In this document: positions 57,188-64,000 of the stretch, piece by piece
Layout: every line of letters starts with the position of its first letter
How positions within the stretch are numbered: position 1 is the first letter of the stretch
Assembly (NCBI GenBank): GCA_044228065.1
Contig: JBGAVP010000006.1
Location: forward strand, 24,077 to 88,076
Direction: 5' to 3'
Source of the DNA: Chitinophagales bacterium
GTDB taxonomy: Bacteria; Bacteroidota; Bacteroidia; Chitinophagales; LD1
Length of the DNA stretch: 64,000 nt
Notes under the pieces: model-generated
The model's database searches: none
What the model was told of the DNA's origin: nothing
The model's input: the letters and a program-made list of their open reading frames with translations, nothing else
Position numbers and translations under genes: made by a program

Positions 57188-57754
57188 TTACTTCTTGTAA
57201 TAACAATTCCTACAGCGTGGTTCGTAGGAATCTTTCTCCCCTAAAAGTATTTTAGAGGTTTCTGCTGTTTTTCGAAAAGAGAAATGTGCAATATCTCCAC
57301 ATTGCATACAAATGGCGTGTACTTTAGTAATATAATCTGCAATGCTTAGAAGTTGAGGCATGGGACCAAAGGGTTTTCCTTCAAAATCCATATCTAACCC
57401 AGCTACAATTACTCGGATTCCTTTTACAGCAAGCTTTTCACAAACTTGTGGGAGTTCCATATCCATGAATTGAGCTTCATCTATTCCAACCACATCCATC
57501 CCTTCACTCATTAATAATATATTTTCAGAATGCGTAATAGGAGTAGAGCGAATTGCATTGGAATCATGCGATACTACCATTACTTCATCATAGCGGATGT
57601 CAATAGCAGGTTTAAAGATTTCCACTTTTTTATTGGCTATTTGTGCACGTTTCATTCTTCTTATAAGTTCCTCTGTTTTGCCAGAAAACATAGAGCCACA
57701 GACCACTTCTATCCATCCTTTTGCTTCTTTATGTCTACTGGGTTCTACAAACAT
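57188..57754 (-). CDS. tdk: thymidine kinase
   Basis: P-loop [14 protein letters not shown], the VVGIDEAQF motif and a C-terminal zinc ribbon (CMQCG...CRNCY). Confidence 0.9.
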   Translation of the reverse strand: MFVEPSRHKEAKGWIEVVCGSMFSGKTEELIRRMKRAQIANKKVEIFKPAIDIRYDEVMVVSHDSNAIRSTPITHSENILLMSEGMDVVGIDEAQFMDMELPQVCEKLAVKGIRVIVAGLDMDFEGKPFGPMPQLLSIADYITKVHAICMQCGDIAHFSFRKTAETSKILLGEKDSYEPRCRNCYYKK

Positions 57755-57866
57755 TTTTTATTTTTTACTTCTTACAATGAATACCTTTCTTTATTCACAA
57801 TAGGACGTGAAAATATTCATTTTAAATTAATGAACAATCGAGTAGGTTTGTAAAAAAAATATTCTC

Positions 57867-58532
57867 ATGATAGATTTAAATGTTTTATTAAACAGAATTC
57901 ATATTTCATTAAAGAAGCTTCAAGAAACAAATTTGCCTGAGATAGAACGTGATATTTTATTAGAAGATTTACGAGTACTCTATGGATTGCTAAAAGAGAC
58001 CAATCCTGTAGTTGAAAAAGCAACCACATCTACTTTTATTCAAGAACAAGTGGAGGTTATACCAGTAGCTGTTGAGGAGAAGCCAATAGTAACAAATCAA
58101 GAGCACGAGTTGCCCAAGGTAGCTATAGTAGAAATTAAAGAGAATGAAAAAACTGTTACTGAACTTGAAAAAGTTCAAGCAGAGACAAATCTAAATGTTC
58201 CATTAAACGAAATTTTTAGTACCAAAGAACAATCGCTGAATGAGAGATTAAGTCCACAAGAAGTGAAAAAAGCGTTAAATGATCAGGTGGCATCTAGAGA
58301 TTTAAAAACACTAATAGATTTTAATAAGCAAATAGCACTCACCAAAGAGTTATTCAATAATGATGCTAATGCTTTTGCCACTGCTATTGCAAAACTAAAT
58401 GCATCGACCGATATTCAGCAGGCATTTGATTTTGTTACCAAAGAATTAGTCCTACAATATAAATGGGACAAAGAATCACAAGCTGTAAGACTATTTGATA
58501 AGTTGCTTCGTCAAAAATTTGGTTTGTCATAA
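57867..58532 (+). CDS. hypothetical protein
   Basis: 221-aa ORF with a Glu/Lys-rich middle. No family recognised. Confidence 0.45.
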   Translation: MIDLNVLLNRIHISLKKLQETNLPEIERDILLEDLRVLYGLLKETNPVVEKATTSTFIQEQVEVIPVAVEEKPIVTNQEHELPKVAIVEIKENEKTVTELEKVQAETNLNVPLNEIFSTKEQSLNERLSPQEVKKALNDQVASRDLKTLIDFNKQIALTKELFNNDANAFATAIAKLNASTDIQQAFDFVTKELVLQYKWDKESQAVRLFDKLLRQKFGLS

Positions 58533-58539
58533 AAAGGAA

Positions 58540-58568
58540 ATAGGCAGAGAAAACTCTACCTATTTTTT
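58540..58568. terminator. terminator hairpin between convergent genes
   Basis: ATAGGCAGAG-AAAA-CTCTACCTAT (one mismatch) followed by TTTTT. Confidence 0.5.
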
Positions 58569-58591
58569 AAACCCTATTACCCCTTAAAATT

Positions 58592-59434
58592 TTATTGTAT
58601 AGATGCGCTTGTTGAAAGTGGCATTCTTACAGTAGCTTGCGGAAGATATTCGCCACCATTAACTTTAATCTTATAGTGAACTAAATCGTTCTCAATATTT
58701 TTATCTTGGAAAATCATGGCTACATTATCAGTAGACCCTTTTACTTCTGATATAGTTTCAAAGTTTTTACCATCAAAACTTCTTTCAATCGAAAAGTTAT
58801 TAGCTGTTTCTTTATTTGGATTAGAAACAGTAAGCATGATATTGTTTTTAACTACTTCTGTTTCTAATTTCATAGAAGAAGATGTAGTGGTAGAGGCAAT
58901 TTCGTTTCCATAAAACACATTAATATCTTTACTAAAAGTGGCACTAGGAGAGGAAACTACCGAACTATTTGCGAAATAAGTACCGTTTCTACCTTTTACA
59001 TTTCCTCCAAAATTTAAAAGATTACTTCCAGCCACCATGTTTACATTATTATCTAAAATTCCCTTGTTTTCAATATCTAACATAGACTCGAGCATGGCAT
59101 TATTATTAATAATACCTTCATTGAAAAGTCTTTTTACACTTACATTCCCGTCATTTATAAATTTACCCGATTTAGCTATAAAGATGGATTTGTTGCTCAT
59201 CATCGAGAATCCCTTATCTACTATCAACGTACCTTTTACTATTAGGTCTACATTTATCATTATGTGACTCTTTACAAGAACCACGTCCCCTTCTTCAATT
59301 TGATTTGATACACTGCCATCTTGCCAAATAGAAGCATCTGACCATTTGCCAGAATTAACTATTGTAAATGTTTTAGCGGAAACCACAGAAGCTGTTAGAA
59401 GGCAAACTAAAAAGGTAAGTGTAAACTTTTTCAT
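58592..59434 (-). CDS. hypothetical secreted protein (beta-helix-like repeats)
   Basis: Has a signal peptide (LLTASVVSA) and repetitive short beta-strand motifs rich in N, G, I and V. Confidence 0.5.
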   Translation of the reverse strand: MKKFTLTFLVCLLTASVVSAKTFTIVNSGKWSDASIWQDGSVSNQIEEGDVVLVKSHIMINVDLIVKGTLIVDKGFSMMSNKSIFIAKSGKFINDGNVSVKRLFNEGIINNNAMLESMLDIENKGILDNNVNMVAGSNLLNFGGNVKGRNGTYFANSSVVSSPSATFSKDINVFYGNEIASTTTSSSMKLETEVVKNNIMLTVSNPNKETANNFSIERSFDGKNFETISEVKGSTDNVAMIFQDKNIENDLVHYKIKVNGGEYLPQATVRMPLSTSASIQ

Positions 59435-59608
59435 GTTTCAGGTTTGTGCGTACTTTTACGACATCCTTATTACAAGAGTTTCATGATTATATGTTTTTTT
59501 TATAATCTATTGTTTATTTTATTGAATTACAGCTATTTAAATTAAATTTAATATTCAAATAAAACTAATTTGTTTGAATAAAAGCATAATAGAATGGGAG
59601 ATTAAAAG

Positions 59609-59683
59609 TGGAACATGTCAGGCTCGAACTGACGACCTCTACCTTGTCGAGGTAGCGCTCTAAACCAACTGAGCTAATATTCC
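59609..59683 (-). tRNA. tRNA-Val (anticodon GAC) candidate
   Basis: 75-nt cloverleaf folded by hand: acceptor GGAATAT/ATGTTCC, D-arm GCTCAGTTGGTTTAGAGC, anticodon stem CTACC/GGTAG with loop TCGACAA, T-arm GTCAGTTCGAGCCTGAC. Confidence 0.7.
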
Positions 59684-59698
59684 TTTTTATAAAAAAAA

Positions 59699-60961
59699 CT
59701 AGAGGTAATTTTTAGACTGTAAATATTCGTAAATTTTTTGAGTGCCCCCTAAGTTACTTTCAACATAAGTAGCGGCAAGCTTTCCAGCTTTTTCTCTCTC
59801 TTCATCTTTTAAATAAAAATTGAAAGCCTCCTTCAATGTCTCAGAATTTTGAACACAAATTGCAGCATTTCTAGAAATTAATTCTTTTGCCTCTGTTGCT
59901 TTTTTATGATTCGGCCCCATAATTACAGGCACTCCAAATACAGCTGCCTCTAAAACATTATGTATACTTTTCCCAAAACCACCACCAATATAAGCTACAT
60001 CGGCATACTGATAGAGAGAAGATAAGAACCCCATGCCATCCACTATTATCAGTTTATAATCGACTGCGTTGGTTTCATTTAATTTCGAAAAATAAATTTT
60101 ACTTGTTTTTGTTGAATCAAAAAGTTTTTGAAGACGCTCAGTATCGATTTGATGTGGAGCTATTATAAATTTATAACCTTTAAAGGAATCATCGTTGATG
60201 AGTGCTAATAAATGATTTTCATCTTCTATCCAAGTGCTACCTGCTACCACTATTTTTTCAGTATTAGATTTTTTGAATTTATTTAAGCTTTCCCATTGTT
60301 GAGGATTTTTAGAAACTTCAAATACTCTATCAAACCTTGTGTCTGTAGCTATTTCAGAATTTATATTGATGGAAGAAAGTAATTCTTTGGATGCTGAATT
60401 TTGAACAAAAATCTGAGTGAAGAACGAAAGCATTTCTCTGAAAAATGGCCCTAAATAAGAAAAGAAGATTTGTTCTTTTCTAAAGTTAGCAGAGATTAAA
60501 ATTAACGGGATGTTATTGGTTTTAATTTCTCGTAAATGATAAAACCAAAATTCATATTTCACCCAAACAACTAAATCAGGTTTTATCTCCGAAATAAAAT
60601 TCATTGCGTTTTCAGGGGTATCAGCGGGTAAGTAACATACTAGATCTGCGAAGGAATATTCTTTTCTAATTTCATAACCAGATGGAGAGAAGAATGTAAG
60701 TATAATAAGGCTTTTAGGCTTTTCTTTTTTAATACGTTCTAAAAGTGGACGAGCTTGTTCAAATTCCCCTAATGAGGCACAGTGAAACCAAATTCTTTTA
60801 CTAGTTGTGTGTTTAAGATTAAATTCTTTGGCTAATGCTGCTGTTTTTTTTCTCCCTTCTAAAAGCAATTTTGCCTTGTGATTAAATAATGCAACAATAG
60901 TAATAGCTGCATTGTAGAGTTGGATAAAAATGAAGTAACCCACCTTGGAGAATAGATACAT
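59699..60961 (-). CDS. waaA: 3-deoxy-D-manno-octulosonic acid (Kdo) transferase
   Basis: WFHCASLGEFEQARPLLE is the WaaA/KdtA hallmark. A GT30-type C-terminal half follows. Confidence 0.88.
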   Translation of the reverse strand: MYLFSKVGYFIFIQLYNAAITIVALFNHKAKLLLEGRKKTAALAKEFNLKHTTSKRIWFHCASLGEFEQARPLLERIKKEKPKSLIILTFFSPSGYEIRKEYSFADLVCYLPADTPENAMNFISEIKPDLVVWVKYEFWFYHLREIKTNNIPLILISANFRKEQIFFSYLGPFFREMLSFFTQIFVQNSASKELLSSININSEIATDTRFDRVFEVSKNPQQWESLNKFKKSNTEKIVVAGSTWIEDENHLLALINDDSFKGYKFIIAPHQIDTERLQKLFDSTKTSKIYFSKLNETNAVDYKLIIVDGMGFLSSLYQYADVAYIGGGFGKSIHNVLEAAVFGVPVIMGPNHKKATEAKELISRNAAICVQNSETLKEAFNFYLKDEEREKAGKLAATYVESNLGGTQKIYEYLQSKNYL

Positions 60962-60971
60962 AAAGATTGGT

Positions 60972-61757
60972 TTAGTAGAAGAAATCTACATTGTCTTTAT
61001 TTGTATAAATTGGAATCAACCAGCCCACTCGTATGCCTAAAAATAAATCAATACGCTTGGTATCATCGTGTCTGTTTTTATCAAAATTCCAAGCTCTTCT
61101 ATTTTGTGTAAAAGCAGCATCAAACTGAAGCCCACCATAAAAATTTAGTTTCTTTTTTCTTTCCAATCGAATGAAGCCAAGCATCATAGATACTACTGGG
61201 CCATTACTCATTCTGTCATATCCTTTCCGGTATGTTTTATCGAATTGAGGAAGTAGTCTTTCTTTGGCATTTATCCATATATTGTGTTGAAGAAATCCCC
61301 CACTGACCATGGCTAGTATTCCAGTACTAGGATGCTTTGCATTGAAAGCGAAAATTTTCCCAATGTTTAATTTTATCACAAAACCACTTTCTTGTAAGCG
61401 CACATTGTCAAGTTCTCCGTTGGTATTAATATGCTGAGCATTTGGGTAGGTAGAAACATTAATTAAAATGCTATCTTCCTTCACTTTTGTGCCAAACAAG
61501 TAATTGCCTTCTATGCCGATCATAAAGTTTTTAGGCAATGTGTAACCAATTTGCAAACCTATGGTTGAATTGAATCCGAACCGTTTTTTCATATCCCCAA
61601 AGGGAAACTGCGCTATATAACTTGGGTTGATTAGCACGGCATTGTTGGAATTGAGTGCTCTCCTTTTTGCCCGCGCTAAAGAGTCTTGTGACTGGGCGAA
61701 ACAAAATTGAATATTGATTAAAAGTAGAAAAAGAAAAAGTGGTTGTTTTTTTATCAC
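60972..61757 (-). CDS. hypothetical outer-membrane protein
   Basis: Has a signal peptide (FLLLINIQFCFAQ) and a beta-strand-rich composition. Confidence 0.5.
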   Translation of the reverse strand: MIKKQPLFLFLLLINIQFCFAQSQDSLARAKRRALNSNNAVLINPSYIAQFPFGDMKKRFGFNSTIGLQIGYTLPKNFMIGIEGNYLFGTKVKEDSILINVSTYPNAQHINTNGELDNVRLQESGFVIKLNIGKIFAFNAKHPSTGILAMVSGGFLQHNIWINAKERLLPQFDKTYRKGYDRMSNGPVVSMMLGFIRLERKKKLNFYGGLQFDAAFTQNRRAWNFDKNRHDDTKRIDLFLGIRVGWLIPIYTNKDNVDFFY

Positions 61758-61817
61758 GATGAATAGTTGAACGCATAAATTTAAAAATATTATTTTTGCG
61801 CGCCCTAAATCTTAAGC

Positions 61818-62945
61818 ATGAAAGAAATTAAAATGGTAGATCTTGCATCTCAGTATCAGCGCATAAAGCCTGAGATAGATGCTGCTATTCATGCTGTATT
61901 GGATTCTACACAATTCATTAAAGGACCACAGGTTAAATCTTTTGAAGATAACCTAGCGGCCTATTTAGGTGTAAAGCATGTAATAGGGGTAGCGAATGGA
62001 ACAGATGCCTTACAAATAGCCATGATGGCATTGGGGCTAAAGCAAGGAGATGAAGTGATTACTGCTAATTTTACGTATGCAGCTACCTGCGAGGTAATTG
62101 CATTGTTGAAATTGACTCCTGTATTGGTAGAAGTTAACCCCGATACTTTTAATATTGATGTGACTGCAATTGAGAAAGCAATAACATCTAAAACCAAGGC
62201 TATAGTTCCCGTTCACCTCTTTGGACAATGTGCCGATATGGAAGCAATTATGATATTGGCAGCTAAGCATAATCTTTATGTAATAGAAGATACTGCTCAG
62301 GCAATCGGCTCCGATTTTATTTTTTCTGATGGTACTAAAAAGAAGGCTGGAACTATTGGTCAGATTGGAACCACCTCTTTTTTTCCTTCTAAAAATCTAG
62401 GTTGTTTTGGAGATGGAGGAGCATTGTTTACTAATGATGATGACTTGGCTGTGCGTGTAAAGATGATGGCAAATCATGGACAATCTTCTCAATATGTTTT
62501 TGATGAGATAGGTTGTAATTCTAGGCTAGATACGTTACAAGCGGCAGTTTTGAATGTAAAATTGAAACATTTAGATGAATATTGTGCAGCTCGTCAAAAT
62601 GTAGCTTCTTATTATGATGGAGCATTTAGTGCGCTCAAAAATATAGAGATTCCAATAAGAGCAAATAATTCTACTCATGTTTTTCACCAGTATACATTGA
62701 AGCTAAAAAGTAAAGATAGAGAAGAAGTGAGGAAAAAGTTAGCCGAGAAAGGAGTCCCAAGTATGGTATATTACCCTAAGCCCATGCATCAACAAAAGGC
62801 ATATAGAGATAGTAGGTACAATGACAGTATTTTTCCTGTATCAATTTTGCTTAGTGAACAAGTTCTCTCTTTGCCTATCCATACAGAGTTTGATGAAGAG
62901 CAACTAGAATTTATTACAAACACTTTTAAAGAAATAATAGCTTAA
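61818..62945 (+). CDS. DegT/DnrJ/EryC1/StrS-family sugar aminotransferase
   Basis: GPQVKSFEDNLAAYLG, NGTDALQIA and the PLP-lysine region SFFPSKNLGCFGDGG. Confidence 0.88.
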   Translation: MKEIKMVDLASQYQRIKPEIDAAIHAVLDSTQFIKGPQVKSFEDNLAAYLGVKHVIGVANGTDALQIAMMALGLKQGDEVITANFTYAATCEVIALLKLTPVLVEVNPDTFNIDVTAIEKAITSKTKAIVPVHLFGQCADMEAIMILAAKHNLYVIEDTAQAIGSDFIFSDGTKKKAGTIGQIGTTSFFPSKNLGCFGDGGALFTNDDDLAVRVKMMANHGQSSQYVFDEIGCNSRLDTLQAAVLNVKLKHLDEYCAARQNVASYYDGAFSALKNIEIPIRANNSTHVFHQYTLKLKSKDREEVRKKLAEKGVPSMVYYPKPMHQQKAYRDSRYNDSIFPVSILLSEQVLSLPIHTEFDEEQLEFITNTFKEIIA

Positions 62946-62989
62946 TATAATTAAGCATATTTGTTACGTTAAAACAAAAAATAACAAGA

Positions 62990-64000
62990 ATGAAAATAGC
63001 AGTAGTAGGAACAGGATATGTAGGACTAGTTACAGGAACATGCTTTGCAGAAACAGGAAATGATGTTACTTGTATTGATATCAATCCAAAAAAAATAGAA
63101 ATGCTGAAACAAGGTCAGCTACCTATTTACGAACCCGATTTGGATACTTATTTTGAACGAAATAAAAAAGAGGGGCGTTTGAAATTTACGACCTCTTTAG
63201 AGGAAGGAATTGAAGGTGCAAAAGTTATTTTTCTAGCACTACCTACACCTCCAGGTGAAGATGGTAGCGCAGATTTGAAATATATTTTACAAGTAGCAGA
63301 TCAGTTAGGGCCTATTTTAAAGCAATATACTGTTGTGGTCAATAAAAGTACTGTGCCTGTAGGAACTGCCGATAAAGTAAATGCTGCTATTGCTAAGAAT
63401 GCAAAGGTGGAATATAGTGTGGTTTCTAACCCTGAATTTTTGAAGGAGGGCGTGGCTGTAGAGGATTTTATGAAACCAGAAAGAGTGGTGATAGGGACAT
63501 CTTCCGAGAAAGCAAAAGAAGTAATGGATAAATTGTATGAACCATTTGTTCGTCAAGGAAACCCTGTAATATTTATGGATGAACGCTCTGCAGAGGTAAC
63601 TAAATATGCAGCCAATGCATTTTTAGCAACAAAGATTTCTTTTATGAATGAAATAGCCAACCTATGTGAGTTGGTAGGTGCAGATGTAGATAATGTTCGC
63701 AAAGGAATAGGAACAGATAGTCGAATTGGAAAGCGCTTTTTGTTTCCTGGATTAGGTTATGGAGGAAGTTGTTTTCCTAAAGATGTACAAGCATTGTATT
63801 TTACAGCTGGTCAAAATAATTATGATTTTAGAATTTTAGATGCTGTAATGAAAGTGAATTATGATCAACGTAAAGGCTTCTTTCAAAAGATTTTACAGAA
63901 ATATGCTGGAGAACTAAAAGGTAAGAAAGTGGCTCTATGGGGCTTGGCTTTTAAACCCAATACAGATGATATTCGGGAAGCACCAGCGTTGTATTTAATA
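62990..64000 (+). CDS. UDP-glucose 6-dehydrogenase (3' end outside the window)
   Basis: It is not in the ORF track because it has no stop in the window. Translation gives MKIAVVGTGYVGLVTGTCFAETGNDVTCIDI... and GLGYGGSCFPKD (catalytic Cys). The frame is open to position 64000. Confidence 0.88.
   Translation, partial: MKIAVVGTGYVGLVTGTCFAETGNDVTCIDINPKKIEMLKQGQLPIYEPDLDTYFERNKKEGRLKFTTSLEEGIEGAKVIFLALPTPPGEDGSADLKYILQVADQLGPILKQYTVVVNKSTVPVGTADKVNAAIAKNAKVEYSVVSNPEFLKEGVAVEDFMKPERVVIGTSSEKAKEVMDKLYEPFVRQGNPVIFMDERSAEVTKYAANAFLATKISFMNEIANLCELVGADVDNVRKGIGTDSRIGKRFLFPGLGYGGSCFPKDVQALYFTAGQNNYDFRILDAVMKVNYDQRKGFFQKILQKYAGELKGKKVALWGLAFKPNTDDIREAPALYLI

Noticed and set aside
59552-59580. AT-rich inverted repeat TATTCAAA-N13-TTTGAATA downstream of tRNA-Val, considered as a terminator.
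   Set aside because: The stem is entirely A/T apart from one G-C pair, with a 13-nt loop and no clean T-run. That is too weak to call.
1-64000. Scan for transposases, integrases, phage genes, IS inverted repeats, rRNA and CRISPR arrays.
   Set aside because: No ORF shows DDE, tyrosine or serine recombinase motifs or phage structural motifs. No long terminal inverted or direct repeats, rRNA-like sequence or repeat-spacer arrays were noticed.

Overview
AT-rich chromosomal segment with Bacteroidota hallmarks: T9SS C-terminal sorting domains, TAnnTTTG -7 promoter boxes, and a DUF5683-parB-parA arrangement. Most of it is housekeeping. Recognisable genes are valS (partial), a complete kdpFABC locus with a porin, a split KdpD sensor and a sigma-54-type response regulator, queE, folD, lepA (N-terminus disrupted), aroE, dedA, two GT-C/ArnT-like glycosyltransferases, tRNA-Lys, dnaB, beta-oxidation-type SDR and acyl-CoA dehydrogenase genes, a cold-shock protein, parAB, tdk, tRNA-Val, waaA, a DegT-type aminotransferase and a partial UDP-glucose dehydrogenase. 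No CRISPR array, rRNA, transposase or integrase was seen. The standout is a tightly packed four-gene plus-strand operon at 44813-51523. It encodes a 1261-aa protein with no family I can recognise and no export signal, followed by three diverged paralogous ~320-aa proteins. All three paralogs carry the His-Gly ... Asp-x-Cys-x-Ser-Gly dyad and the spacing of caspase/metacaspase-like (clan CD) cysteine proteases. I read this as a candidate undescribed protease-centred system, possibly for cell death, defence or protein processing. Secondary points of interest are a Rab-like small GTPase with a Roadblock/MglB-like partner, a sigma-54 promoter in front of kdp, an in-frame stop plus a P-loop substitution in lepA, and three TGTGGA-core (DnaA-box-like) repeats phased at 21 bp upstream of the parAB operon. 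All domain calls come from reading motifs by eye; no searches were run.
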